Assembly (NCBI RefSeq): GCF_036321535.1
Contig: NC_087444.1
Span: forward strand, 74,276,001 to 74,340,000
Origin: Camelus dromedarius
Lineage: Eukaryota
Direction of reading: 5' to 3'
DNA: 64,000 nt
How positions within the stretch are numbered: position 1 is the stretch's first letter; each line of letters opens with the position of its first letter. The position numbers and the translations under genes are program-made. This document shows positions 1-12,308 of the stretch, piece by piece. Under the pieces are notes generated by a model that was not told where the DNA came from, searched no databases, and was given only the letters and a program-made list of their open reading frames with translations.

Positions 1-450
1 TTTTGTCTCTCTTGTGAAACTTGTAGCTCAAATTTTTAGTTCACTTTTTTTTTAGGTTTAGCTGGGCTTCCTGGAGTGTATCTCATGCAGATGAGATACA
101 GGGTCAGCTGGGTATCTGAGCAGAGTTTATATAAAATATTTGGAGACACCCCCTCCCCCGCCGGATCTCTTTTCCAGAATTTATGTTTCCCTTTCCTGTT
201 GCTGTGGTGCTTTAAGCTAGGAAGACAGTGGTTTTTCCCCTGGTGTTTTAGCTGCCCCTTGGGTCATGAACTAGAATCCGCTCCTAGGCTGAAAGTGGTC
301 CAAAGGAGAAACTCACCACTGCTTTCCTTTTTTTCTGAGTGTCGATTCCCCTGCAGGTTCTGCCTGCTTTTGTGCACTTTCCAGTGCCTTTAGGTAATGG
401 TTATCTGTTTTATTCAGAGTTCATAATTGTTATCTGTGGGAGGGTTGGCA
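1..450 (-). mobile_element. Ancient L1 5'-region fragment (tentative)
   Basis: Ends with TTTTATTCAGAGTTCATAATTGTTATCTGTGGGAGGGTTGG, resembling recalled old L1M 5' ends in reverse orientation. Confidence 0.45.
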
Positions 451-487
451 TTTTAATCCACGTGGGACGCGAAGTTTTCATTGTAAC

Positions 488-506
488 ATACTGCCCCCTA
501 GTGGCT
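488..506 (-). promoter_or_regulatory. CTCF motif
   Basis: Minus strand reads GCCACTAGGGGGCAGTA, a perfect match to the CCASYAGRKGGCRS core (491-504). Confidence 0.6.
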
Positions 507-934
507 GAGGGGGAGAACTGGTTTAGGAAGGAGTAGGACACGTTTGTAGCTCACTTGGAGGGCCGCCGTGTTTGAAAATCTTTTAATCAAAATAATACAC
601 ACAGCAACAAATTATTTGTAGAGAAAAATTTATAATAAAAATTTGCCGAGCCGTTGCTCACTCTTAGTGTCTCTCCCCAGACTTTTAAAAAAATATTTTG
701 CTCATTTTGTTTATTTTAAATTTATGGCAATATACTCCTAGGATACAAAATTCTAAATATGTATGATGTTATATACTAAAAAACAAAGTCTTCCTTCCAC
801 CAAGGTCGGCTCTTCACAGGCATCCAGGATTTTTATCAGGGAGAATTCACACAGATTTAACCAAATATGTACAACTTATTTTTCTTTTTAATGGACATGA
901 TAGCAGATGATATTTTTACCTTTGTTTCTCTTTT

Positions 935-1055
935 TTTCATTTTATTTTTTATTGACATGTAGTTGATTTACAATGTTAGTTTCAGGTGTAAGCAAAGCGA
1001 TTCAGTTATACATGTACATACTTTTTTTTCAGATTCTTCTGTTATATGTTTTGTA
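935..1055 (-). mobile_element. Young L1 3' end fragment
   Basis: GTTGATTTACAATGTTAGTTTCAGGTGTAAGCAAAGCGATTCAGTTATAC is the reverse complement of the same L1 tail seen at 13448-13608. Confidence 0.75.
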
Positions 1056-1209
1056 TCTCATAATACGTTTGAGTCAGAATTCTCCAATTTTAATTTTTTA
1101 ATTATTAATATTTTTATTATGGTAATAATACATTTTGAAAACGATTTTTAGTCCATAAAGAAAATCTTCATTTCCTTTTTTTTCCTTCCCTCCCTCTCTC
1201 TTTTCTTTC

Positions 1210-1821
1210 TTATAGCTGAGTAATACGCTCCTGAATAGATGATTTAACCAATTCTCTACTGATCGACATTTAGGTTGTTTCTGGTCTTTTCTTTTACAAT
1301 CGGTGTTGCACAGAAGGTGCCAGCATATCTGTAATTTCTGTAGTTTTCCATGAGTTTAACTACAGATAAATTCCTAGAAGTGGAATTTATGAATTTGGTA
1401 GACATTGCCAAATTGCCAAGGACATCTCTTTGTTATGGTTGTGAGTTTAAGGTCATTTTAATGGGAATATAACAGAGGTGTAGAAAAGTGTACAACTCAA
1501 GTGTTCAGTGAAATGAATTTTCAGACAGCATGCATGCATCTGTAACTAGCACTCAGATCAAGAAAGAGAACAGTATCAGTCCCTAAGAGGACCCAGACAT
1601 CACCTCCACAAGGATAACCACTATCCTGATTTTGAAGAGCATAGTTTGCCTATTTATTTAGAGAAGTAGAAACACACTGTGTGCATTCAGACATGATGGG
1701 CAGAGCAGTCCTTCCTCTTCACTGCTGTATAGTATTCTACTGGGAATGGTCCACAGGTCATCCATCTTGCTGTTAATAAACCTTTGGGTCATTTCCCAGT
1801 GAGGGGCCATTACAAATAGAG

Positions 1822-1866
<45 letters not shown>

Positions 1867-2510
1867 GAGCCTGTTTGCTTGTCTGTTGGTTGTGGATGTT
1901 GAAGTGAGATTGCTCGGACATGGGGCCGGCATAGCTTTAGTATTACTAGATATAACCAAATTGCTTCCCCGGTTTCCATGTTCCCCAGTGTAGTAAAAAA
2001 GTTCCAGTGTCTCCACATCCTCGCCAACACTTATCATAAAGAACTTCTGAACTGTTTCTGCTTTTAGTTCTTCTATTGGTGACTCCCCTCCTCCAGATCA
2101 GCAGACGAAATCTTCAAGGCTTCCAAGACGAGGGTCTGTAATGTCAGATCTTTGATTTTTAAAAAATTGAGTTATAAATTACCTACTAAAAAGTTAGCTC
2201 TTTAAAGTGTATAATCCAGTGATTTTTAGTTAAATGTACAAGGTTGTACATCCATCACCACTAATTCCAGTACTTTTTCATCACCCCAACAGCAAATCAG
2301 TACTTTAGTCACTCCCCAATTCCCTCTCCCCAGCCCCACCACAGTCAAGGTACAGAATCAATCCATTGCCCCTCCCCAAATTCTCGTTACACCCCTCGTA
2401 GTCAATTCCTCCCCCTTCCCTGACAACCAAGGATTTGCTCCCTGTGTGTAGTTTCCCCTTTCCAGAATAAGTCTCCTCACTTAAAAATCTCAACAAATAA
2501 TTTCAACTGC
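1210..2510 (-). mobile_element. Cluster of old L1ME/L1M fragments
   Basis: GACATTTAGGTTGTTTC, AAATTCCTAGAAGTGGAATT, CCACATCCTCGCCAACACTT, TAAAGTGTATAATCCAGTGATTTTTAGT are reverse L1 3' motifs. Confidence 0.7.
1821..1865. repeat. (GTT)15 microsatellite
   Basis: 15 perfect GTT units, inside an old L1 fragment. Confidence 0.97.
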
Positions 2511-4447
2511 CTTAATTTGCAATTGTGGGTCCATTGAGGCTGAAGCCACCAGTGGGCACACCCCACCCAGGACAAACTCCACCACGTCCATTTCTTGCTT
2601 TAAACTTTAGACCAGTATCTAGGGAACCTCTGTGGAGAAAAGACAAGATATGTTTCCACTTCCGGTCCCTCCCTTCTGGTGCAGCTTCAGCTGTGGTATG
2701 ACTTTTGCTTCCTCTCATTACCTTTGAAATCTTAAAGGAAACTTCTCTCTGAGCACAAGGACCGACCCCCACCCCACCCCTCCCCGTAAAGAGTGTCTCG
2801 GGGCCTGTGAATTTAAGAGTGGGGTTTTGGCTCCTTGTGGAAATACAGGTGCAAGACTAGAAATCCTCGAAGTCTTTATCTGGGGTGGGGGGTGGTCTCT
2901 ATCACATACGAACAGGATCGGAGTCCTTGCGTGGAGGGGCTGGAAGGACTTGGGGTGGTTGAGGGATCTTGGGAGAAGAGAACCAAGATTAAGGGTCTTT
3001 AGGGAAGGAGGGGTGATCTGAATCGTTCTGGGTATAAAGGGACGGGGTGGGAGCTTGCTAAGGTTGGTGTGGAGGTGGGCAGTGCGGCAAACCTAGGGGA
3101 GGAAGGATACAAAGGATGTGGGGAAGGGCAGGACTGAATCTGGGGTGGGGGGTACCTGGATGAACCCGGATACAGCTACGGCCTTGAGCAGTGAATTTGG
3201 GCAAGTTGTCTTCACAGCCTCAGTGAGCTGTTCTGTGAAATGGGTGTCAGCATCCTTCTCTCAAGATTCTCACCGGGACTCAAGAAGACTGTACATTGAG
3301 AGGCCCAGATGGCAAGGGTTCCTTTAATATCAGCAGCACCTGAGTCAGTTTCCTGGGACTGGGAGCCCAAGAGTGGGGTGTGAAGGCTCTTAGGGACCAA
3401 GGGAAGGTTCTAGAAGTGTCTGAGAGAGCAAATGCTGGGTTTGGGGGGGGGCTCTCTGGGGTGTAAGGATAATGCCACCCATGCTCCTGCTAAAACCTTT
3501 CCCTGCAGTCAATGCACCACACAGTCCTGCACCAGACAGGGGTTTGCCCTGCAGTCAAGGACATGTCCTGGCCCTGTGACTCTCACCTGGGCATTAGATC
3601 AGATGACGTTTTACCAAAATGAAAAAGTAGAGACTGTTCACTGAACAGTGCAGTATGTGCATGGAAATCTCACTTTGGTTGAAAACATTCACATGTGTAC
3701 CTGCAGAGAGACCGGGAAGGACAAGACCTGCTCAGGGAGGCAGGACTTAAAGTCTTTATTTTTTTAATCTTTGTTTGACTGTACACTCTAATTTTCCACA
3801 CTGTACAGGGTCTGATTTTGTGATTCAATGGTTGCTAAAAACAGAGCTTTAAGGGCTGCCCCTGCTTCTGAGTCAAATCTGAGCTCCAGGCAGGTCCACC
3901 AGGCCCAGGGACTCTGACCTCCTCCCACTCTTCAACACCCCCCCCCCGCCCCACCAAGTACTCTGCGGCCTCCGGGCCTTTGCACTTGCGGTTTCCTCTT
4001 CCTTTTCACCCCCCAGCAGTCAAGTGTTGGGGGAAGGGGTGTTCTCGATCCCCTTCTCTAGACTAGGTGCCGCTGCTCCCTCTTGCTCACTGCACTTCAT
4101 TTCCTTTGGGTTTCTTATCACACTTTGCTCTGGGAGACTCATTCCCAGACCTCTCACGGGCTTCAAATGGATGTGAGCGGATTTGTATTTAGCCTGTTCA
4201 GGTGGCGCCCTCAAGAGGTCGCGGGGCAGACTCCGACTTCTGGCCACTCAACCCATTTAAGGCTGTGCATTTGCATTCGATTCAGATTTGACTTTTGACG
4301 TGAGACCACATCAAATACTCTTAGCCCACGCTTTCAAACTGCAGTCACGCTGGGGTGCTGCTCGCGTGGCCCGGCCTCCTCGCCCGCTGTCCCTGGGCTC
4401 CGGGGCGATAAATGAAGGTGCCACATAGCCGGTTGCATCCAAGCCCG

Positions 4448-4453
4448 TTTATT
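4448..4453 (-). terminator. NOSIP: NOSIP polyadenylation signal AATAAA
   Basis: tttatt on + at 4448-4453, only 15 nt after the stop codon. Confidence 0.85.
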
Positions 4454-4468
4454 TGGTTTCGGGCACAC

Positions 4469-7400
4469 TCAGGCCTGCATCACCGGCCTGGACTTCTCGG
4501 CCTGCAGCTTCACTCCGGAGCCTGCGAAGCCCGTCCCGCCCTAGACAGGGAGAAGAGGCGGAGGTGGAGGCGGCGCACGGCTGCGGGACACCCTAGCTGG
4601 GGGGGCGGGGTTTGTGGTGAAGGGGCGTGGCCTGGGCGGGTCTTCTGAGAGGAGGGCGGGGTCCGGGGTAGGGAGGGCCGGTACCGAAGGTAAGGGAACC
4701 AGGAGGAGGGGCGTCGCTCACCCGCTGCAGTACGATGATGTCGCGGTCTGTGAGCTTCTCCCCATTCACAGGGTCCACCATGTCCTTGCGAATCAGCTTC
4801 TCCACGCACTCGAGGGTGACCACGGCCCCACTGAGGTGAGGACGAGGGCACAGGGAACAGAGGGCACAGGGAACAGAGGGCACAGGGATCAGAGGCCACG
4901 GCCCGAAGAGGAAGAGCCATACCTCAGGTCCTGCCCTGTCCCACAGGTCCCCAAGCCGACCCCCCAGGTGACTCACGAGGGCCGCAGCACGGCGCAAGGA
5001 GTGGCGTTGCTCAGGCTGTCGCGGGTCACGGCGCAGACGTAGCGCTCGCTGCGCGTGATGAGCCCCACGCGGTCCACCGAGCTGTCCAGCGGCGTGAAGC
5101 GCACAGGCGTCAGGTCCGACATGCGCAGCGGCTTCCCGGACATGGGGCAGGTCACGATGCGGGACTGGGAAGCGAGAGGGGGCGGGATCAGCAAGCAGGG
5201 CTAGAGCCAGGTGGAGGGAGGACAGGGTCCCTGTGAGGGAGGAGAGGGGGGGCCCTTGGGAACCTGACTCTTTCTGGCAAAGTGGGCTCACGGGCGCTCC
5301 CTGGGGTGGGGGGCTCACCGGCTTCTCCAGCTTCGTGGCCTTGGCCTCAGGGGTCAGCGACGGGATCCAGAAGCTGGGCAGCGCTTTGTCCTTGTCCTTG
5401 CCTGCGGGGCCTGCGCTGGGCCCAGGTTGGCCATCATCTGCTGGGGGAAGAGGCGTTCGGACACAGCACCCAGGGCAGCACACCGCGGGGGCAGCCCCCC
5501 TGAAGTCTGCCTGCTTCCCCCTTACCTGAGTCGTTCCCCGAGGCGGCCTTGGGCGTGAAGGGGTTGAGGGGCCGGCTCACGATGGCTGCTTCCTTCTCCA
5601 GGAAGCCCCTCACCTGGTCCTGCGCTGCCGCCCGCTGCAGCTCTTTCTTCTCCTCACGCCGGGCGCCCCGCTGCTTCTCGTAAGCCTGCAGGCAGCCAGG
5701 GAGAAGTGAGCAACGCATCCTCCCATGGGTCATGAGTTTGAGGCACCCTAGGTAGGGGCTGGGGTGGTTCTTTAATTTTAAAGGCCAGTAAATCGGGCCT
5801 ACCCGGGGGGAAGCTCCCAGCAGAGGCTGTTTGGTGGAGGCTGGTGACTGCCTGGGTGATAATCTTTAATCAGCTGTACAGTGATCCATGCTGGGCCCCT
5901 GTTGCCTTATACCAACTGTAAGACACTTAGGCCATTTCCCCTTTGGGAGTTCAGGACTCGATGGCTTCTTTGTTCCTTGGTGGCACACTGGTCAACTACA
6001 TGGCTGGAGACAGACCACCAGGGCTCATTCCCTGCCCTTTGTCCCTGATTAGCTCTGTATCCTCCATAAGCACTGTGACCGCTCCTGGCCTCTGTTTCTT
6101 CATCTGTAAAATGGACTAATAATGGCGACCTATGCTGGAGGCTCCCTGGATCACATAGGATGACTTTTTAAAACACTTAGCACCTGGCCAGGCACATAGT
6201 AAGTGCTCAAGAAATGTTACCTGTGGGCCATATTACATTAATTATACAGTATATCTATAATTTATTTATTGTATGATGTATGCACTGCCATGACCCTGTT
6301 GTCATGTGAGCTGGGAACATGGGAGGGTGAGAGCCCCCCTTCCTGCCCCAGGGGCCTGCTGTCTAGTGGGGGAAGTGGGCATGTGCAGACAACCATATGG
6401 AGTCACATGTGACAAGTGCCAAAGAAGAGGTGACAGAGGCAGGCCCTCGGGGCCCTGGACTAGCGAGAGGTCAGAGGAGGCAAGACCTGGGCTGAAATCT
6501 GGAGCGTAAGAGGGACTGAATCAGGAGACATGGGTGGGGATGGTGCAGTGGGCAGAGAGAACAGAGCAGGGAAAGGCCTGGGGGGAAGGGACTCAGACAG
6601 AGGAGAGGCCCAGAGTCAAAACTGCCTGCTCGTGCCCACACCCCCTTCTCCTTCTCCATCTCCATCTCCACCACCTTCATCTGCCGAGCGATCTCCTTCT
6701 TCTGGTGCAAGATGTACTCCAGGATCGCCTCGCGCTCGTATAGGTAGCCATCTGGGCTGCAGAGAGAGGAGGGGATGAGAAACCGGGAACCACATTCCAC
6801 TCGCACCACCATCTCTATAAAACAGACCAGGTATCAAACACATGTTTGGTCAATGGACTAAGTACCTTCTACCCATTATCTCTCTGAAGCCTTTATGGGA
6901 CCAGAAGAGGCAGGTAATGGAGAGCACTCCACACGTGAGCTGTTGTTACCGGCCGGCCCTACCCTCTATTGTGAATGTATTCTTTCCCACACCCTTAAGC
7001 AAACTAGGATAATGACCCTGTCTCAGAGAACACTGAGGCTCCGTGAGGGTAGGTGGCTTGCCCAGGGTGCCCCGGCTGTGCAGACCCACGCATACAGCCC
7101 TCTCCACACAGTTCCACTGTCCTCGCCACCCTGACCCACCCTCCCATGTTCCCAGCTCACGTGACAACAGGGTCATGGCAGGGCTGCAGAGACAGGCAGC
7201 AGCAGTCAAAGTCCTTGACGGCATCCCGGCTCAGTCGAATGTTCTGGGTCCCATAGCCTGAGGCCGCTGGGGACAGAGACAGGCAGAGGGATGGAGAGAT
7301 GGGAGACGTACCCCACTCCAAACCCGGGGAGCGACGCACAGAGAGGACTCAGAGGTGCAGGAATTCGAGAGAACAGGTGGTCGAGAAATTGGGCTGTGTG

Positions 7401-7937
7401 TCTGTGTTGGGGGTGGTGGCTGCACAAGCTACACGAAGGTGTTCATCCCCAGAAGGTAAGGGACAGACAGGCCCTGTCAACGAGGCAGCTCGGGGGAGAG
7501 GTGCATGGCTGACTCCCCTTGGACCTTCTGGCTCTGTAACCAAACTCAAGTGCCTATACCTCTCCGGGCCTAGGTTTCTCCCTCTGGAATAGGGCCCCAA
7601 CAATAGTGATTCCTTCCTCGGTGGGTACGAGGAGGCTTAGATGAGTTCAAACACGAAGGCACTGAACAACCACCACAGGGCAGGCTGAGGGCTGCTGGCT
7701 CATGTGGCTGTTACTTACACGGTCATGACCATCAGTCACGTGAACTGTTAATTACACGGTCAGGACCATTAGTCGGGGGAAAGACACACACGGAAAGTAC
7801 AAACAGAGGTGCAAGTGACACGATGACTTTGAGATCTATTTGCCTCATCCTGTCTCAAGCCCAGTACCTGTGTCCTTCTTTTTCTCATGGTAGGTGTAGA
7901 CGGCCCCTGCCGTGCAGTTCTTGCCATGTCGCGTCAT
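4469..7937 (-). CDS. NOSIP: Nitric oxide synthase-interacting protein (U-box/RING-like E3 ligase), 301 aa, 8 coding exons
   Basis: Coding exons (minus): 7868-7937, 7161-7266, 6675-6756, 5526-5685, 5319-5437, 4977-5164, 4722-4830, 4469-4540. All introns are GT-AG and the total is 906 nt = 301 aa + TGA. Translation MTRHGKNCTAGAVYTYHEKKKDTAASGYGTQNIRLSRDAVKDFDCCCLSLQPCHDPVVTPDGYLYEREAILEYILHQKKE...GGTGFAGSGVKLQAEKSRPVMQA matches recalled mammalian NOSIP. Confidence 0.98.
4844..4899. repeat. 16-bp tandem repeat x3.5 in NOSIP intron 7
   Basis: GAGGGCACAGGGAACA at 4844, 4860 and 4876 (1 mismatch), plus a partial unit. Confidence 0.95.
6050..6220. mobile_element. MIR SINE (representative; further MIR cores near 7000, 9200, 16800, 19450, 33900, 34090, 34440, 35420, 40770, 50050, 53480, 61850, 63360)
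   Basis: CTCTGTTTCTTCATCTGTAAAATGG...AACACTTAGCAC...GCACATAGTAAGTGCTCAAGAAATGTT MIR core motifs. Confidence 0.75.
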
Positions 7938-8039
7938 CCTGGGGGAAGGAAGGGACAGTGGCAGGGCTGTGGTGGCCATGCAGGGAGGACTGGACTTTTA
8001 TGGCCCCCAGATCTGATCTGATGGGAAAGTTGGGTGTGG

Positions 8040-8432
8040 GGCAGGGGAAGACAGTTTTACACATGTTAAGTGGTTAAGAAGTGCCTACATTGTCCAAAAA
8101 AAAAAAAAGCACTTGACCCGGAAGAAAACCTGAAGTTTGCTTGTTGTGAGTTACTGTGAGTTGGTGGAAAGAGGGTTAATTGGAATCTGATGGGAAGTTC
8201 TAGCACCAGATTGGATGGGTGGGGCTGGTAACACACGTGGGGAACTGGAACGCCCAGTAGAGGTTTGGCTGGTCTGAGTGTGCTCCGTGTGCCTGTATGT
8301 TCATTTCAACTGAGTGCATCTGGGTTCACTTAGGTGCAATTTCCGTTATGCTTAAATGCTCCATAACTGATTATCAATTGGACTGGAATTAATTCCCAGT
8401 TTTCAAAACAAGTGTTATAGCAGAAGTGACTG
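8040..8432. mobile_element. Ancient Tigger-like DNA transposon fragment
   Basis: Ends GTTTTCAAAACAAGTGTTATAGCAGAAGTGACTG-TA, resembling a recalled Tigger terminal inverted repeat. Confidence 0.5.
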
Positions 8433-10419
8433 TATTTAGGACCTTGGCAAATCAGCAAGAAAAACCCAGCTAACCCCAAAAGAAAAAGCAGAGGACACGA
8501 AGAGATTAGATTTACAGAAGCAGCTCAGACTACCAAGTGGATGGAGACATGCCTCAAACTCTCCTCCTGGGAAAACTACAGTGAGATATCATTTACATCT
8601 GTCATCAGGCTGGAGGACGAAACCTGGAAATCAGGATAAGACCACAGTGGGGGTTGGTCAGAGGAACCCTCAGGTGATGCTTGGGGAACACGGGCTGGTG
8701 GCACTTCAGCCAAGTTAGTGCAGGCGCTCCTGAATGTCCTGAAGACATTCTCACAGACACCCACTAGGGAGCCTGTATAAGGGTGTTTCACAGTCATGTT
8801 ATTTACACCGGAGAGGAGTCCAAGGCGACTGAATATCCTGCCCAGGCAAAATGATTAGTGACTGCCCACCATAGAGACTAACTACCCAGAGGTGAGATGC
8901 AACTGACTAGGTGTGTCCAAAGCATCGGGGGTGAGTCTTAAAAACACAATGCTAGGCAGAAAAAGTAACAAATAAAACAATCTATACATGCACAATATGA
9001 TGCATCTAAGAATGGGTGCCCACGGAGGGGAGGGGACTGATGAGGGAATAGAAAAGAATAAATCAATGAAACAAGGAGTGGGGTGTCTGGATCAGCATGG
9101 GCAGAATTAAACAGTAAAACCTTCTGCCTGGGCTGGAGTCCAGGGCTGGCCCCCTACTCGCTGTGACTCTGGACTGGTGATTTCCTCTCTGAGCCTTTTG
9201 ATAAGAAGTGGGGAAAACCATGGGGTCTAGCTGGCGTGACTGGATTGCTGTGTGGACTAAATGAGGTCATGCTCACAGCCTGGCATATGGAACCTTCAGG
9301 AAATATTCTCTCCAGCTCTCTGGATGCAAGGAGGATGCAGAAGGCAGGGGAGGGGGACACAACCAAGAGCTCCCAAAAAGTAAAAAGCAACTTCATCTTT
9401 ATTTCCCCCTTCTGGATGCTTTCAGAAACTTGCCTTTCACATGCAACACTCTCTGAGCTACGGACCTTGCTCTCCCTCTACTGGCGTCTTCCTCCCAGAA
9501 GCCAATCTTTGTTTTGCAGGTTTATTTACATAGAACAGATGCACAGACCTTAAGGATGCAGTTTGACCGTGTTTCTGACAAACGTATACACCCTTGTAAC
9601 TACCATCCCCAACGAGTTCTGGAACGTTTCCATCACCCCAGCAGCGGCCACTGCGCTGCTGGCAGAAGCTAACCTTGGTGAAACACCCCAATTCCGCCCA
9701 CGGCCCCTCCTCTGACTTCCCCTCACCCCCAAGCTTTGGAGCAAGTGTCCAGCACCTGCTGCCCCTCCCTCACTCACCTGCCACCAGCTCCTCCGCCTCG
9801 GCCCCCTGGCTTCCGCCCCAGCCCCCCCAACTGCCGCTCATGAAGGTCGGGTTCACCTCCTAAGGGACAAATTCCCCACTCTATTCTTAGTTGTCAACTG
9901 CCTTGACCCTCTGCGCTGGTATTTGGCACTGGGCTGCTTGTCCTGTGGCCAAGCTCTTTGGCTTCATGGACCGGGACATCTTCCCTCTGAGAGGGAGGGG
10001 AGCCGCTGTAGGGGTAGCATTTCTTTACTTCTCCGGGCGGGTGTGGGAATGATCCCAAAGGACGCTGCTTGAGCCCTGACCCCATGCCAACTCTCTGAGC
10101 TCCCATCTCATCAACTGTGGACCTCAGCCTCCCTCTGAAGTCTGCCCCCTCACCATCTCCACTTCACAGAGGAGCAAACTGAGTCATGGAGGTGAAGTCG
10201 TTTGCTAAAAACAGTGGTTCTCAAAGGAAGGACCAGGGACCCAGGGGGGCCCCTAAGATATTTTCAGGGAGCCCACAAAACTATTGCCATAACATTAAAA
10301 CGCATTTGCCTTTGTTCCTGTTAGTCTCTCACGAGCAGACAGCAGAGTTTTCCAGAGGCTGTGTGACTTGTGCTTGTGCATCCTTGGGTTTTAAAAATGG
10401 CTGTTCTATTACACAGAGT

Positions 10420-10716
10420 GAAAGAAGCCAGGAATGAAAGGAATCTTGTTGATTCCATTTATATAAAAGGTCCAGAACAGGCAGATCCATAAGGACAGAA
10501 AGCAGATTGGTGGCTGCCATGGGCTGGGAGAAGGGAAGATGGGGAGTGGTTTCTAAGGGGTCTTGGGTTTCCTTCCACAGTGATGAAAATGTCCTGAAGT
10601 CAGAAAGTGGTGATGGATGCAAAATTATATGAGATCGTATTATATGAGAACCCGCTGAATTGTTGGCTTTAAGTGGGTGAGTTTTGTAGTATGTGAATTC
10701 TATCTCAATAAAAACA
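10420..10716 (+). mobile_element. L1M 3' end fragment
   Basis: GATTCCATTTATATAAAAGGTCCAGAACAGGCA...GTGATGAAAATGTCCTG...GTATGTGAATTCTATCTCAATAAA. Confidence 0.8.
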
Positions 10717-10775
10717 TTTTACTGTCTGTTTTCATTTCTTTTTTCTTTTTGGTTTTCATTTCTGACATGGCAAAT

Positions 10776-10858
10776 CTTTTTTATTTTATTTATTTTATTT
10801 TATTTTATTTTATTTCATTTTCATTCCATTCTATTCAATTTCATTTCATTTCATTTTT
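10776..10858. repeat. Compound (TTTTA)n/(TTTCA)n pentanucleotide repeat
   Basis: ttttattttatttattttattttattttattttatttcattttcattccattctattcaatttcatttcatttcattt. Confidence 0.85.
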
Positions 10859-11329
10859 GTGACAAGGTAAATCTTGACAAAGAAAACTCTCCACAAACTC
10901 TTTTGAAGTCCTCAAAGATTTTTAAGATCCTGAGAGCAAAAAGTTGGAGAACCGCTGGCCACGGTTTTTGGGAGGGCAGGGGTTGGCAGGTTTTCTCAGA
11001 AAGCTGAGTTTTCACACCACAGCACTATAGCCTCCTTGGTAAGGCTGATTCCTAAACAGAAAACCCAACTACTACGCTCTGCCATCACTCATATTTCAGA
11101 GAGGACCCATCCAAAGTCACATCAGCTACTATTTGTCATCATCCCCATTTCAGAGAGGACAAAACAGGCCCATGGAATCCCCCAGCTGGGGGAAATGGCA
11201 GAGCTGGATCTGAACCCCAGCAGCCAGGCTCTGGAGCTGCCCCCATAACCATGTGACAGCTATCTCCTCTGGGAAGGTCACCATTCGAGAAGGCAGGCTA
11301 ACCCAGGCCTGTTTCCCTACGGAGCTTTC

Positions 11330-11825
11330 AAAATCCAGCGCCTCTTTCAACACATCTCAATTCGGACACGAAATTTTCACTGGAGAAACTTGTCCTGTAT
11401 TTAGGTTTTATGACATTTACAAGCACAATGGTATGTTCACATGCCCTGCTTGTTCCAAATGTACTTTTTTTTTAAGTTTATCTTTTTCCAGGGGTAATAT
11501 TGGTATTGTTTTTAAAAAGCAGTTTGTTTTTGGGGGGGGAGGGTAATTACGTTTGTTTATTTATTTGTTTATTTATTTGTTTATTTATTTACTGGAGGTA
11601 CTGGGAATTCGACCCAGCACCTTGTGCATGCTAAGCACACGCTCTACCACTGAGCTGTACCCCACGTCTTCTAAACACACTTAAAGGTTTTCCAGTAACC
11701 AAAGCAAGTATTGGTGCTTGAATTTAAATTAATTAAAATAAAATCATTAAAAAAGACAACCCCTTGGTGGCACTAGCCACATATCAAAGTGCTCCCCAGC
11801 CTCTGGGGACTAGTGGCTGCTTTGT
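11330..11825 (+). mobile_element. hAT-Charlie DNA transposon fragment (SINE inserted)
   Basis: CACATCTCAATTCGGACAC...GCACTAGCCACATATCAAAGTGCTC...CTAGTGGCTGC. Confidence 0.65.
11523..11664 (-). mobile_element. tRNA-derived SINE, Vic-1-like (full length)
   Basis: Reverse complement of GGGGTACAGCTCAGTGGTAGAGCGTGTGCTTAGCATGCACAAGGTGCTGGGTCGAATTCCCAGTACCTCC with A-rich and poly-C tail; Pol III A and B boxes. Confidence 0.9.
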
Positions 11826-12188
11826 TTAAAAAAACCTGCCCACAATACCATTAACATGTTAATAGTTCCTCAACATCCTCTACTATCCAGCTGGTGGTCA
11901 GCTGATTATCTCCTGCCTTTTTCTACAGTTGGTTTGAATCCTGAACCTCCTGGCGGGGTCAGAGAGCCCTCTGAGAACTAAAGGATGCTACCAGCCCCCT
12001 CCATAGAAGGGTGTGTGTATCACAAGGCCCTCTCAGGGGGGCAGAGGCCTCTGTGTTAAAGGAACCCAAGGGGCCAATTACACTCAAGGAAATCACAGAC
12101 AGAAATAGGACGCATTGAAATCGGGGAAGAGGGAGCTCCCTAGGAGCAAAAGCGAGTGTCTGAGATGTTCTATTAATAATGGCTGAGA

Positions 12189-12308
12189 GGGAGGGTATAG
12201 CTCAGTGGTAGAATGCGTGCTTAGCATGCACGGAAGTCCTGGGTTCAATCCCCAGTACCTCCATTAAAACAAACAAACAAACAAAACCTACCCCCCCCCC
12301 AAAAAAAA
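12189..12308 (+). mobile_element. tRNA-derived SINE, Vic-1-like
   Basis: GGGAGGGTATAGCTCAGTGGTAGAATGCGTGCTTAGCATGCACGGAAGTCCTGGGTTCAATCCCCAGTACCTCC followed by (AAAC)n, C-run and A-run. Confidence 0.92.

Noticed and set aside
1658-2037. Poly-T, poly-N and poly-Q ORFs
   Set aside because: All are readings of the (GTT)15 microsatellite within an L1 fragment.
4205-4213. Partial CTCF-like AGGTGGCGC downstream of NOSIP
   Set aside because: Only the 3' half of the core matches.
12189-12270. tRNA-like sequences (TAGCTCAGTGGTAGAG...GGTTCAATCCC)
   Set aside because: They have SINE body, A-rich tails and TSDs and lack a proper acceptor stem, so they are SINEs, not tRNA genes.
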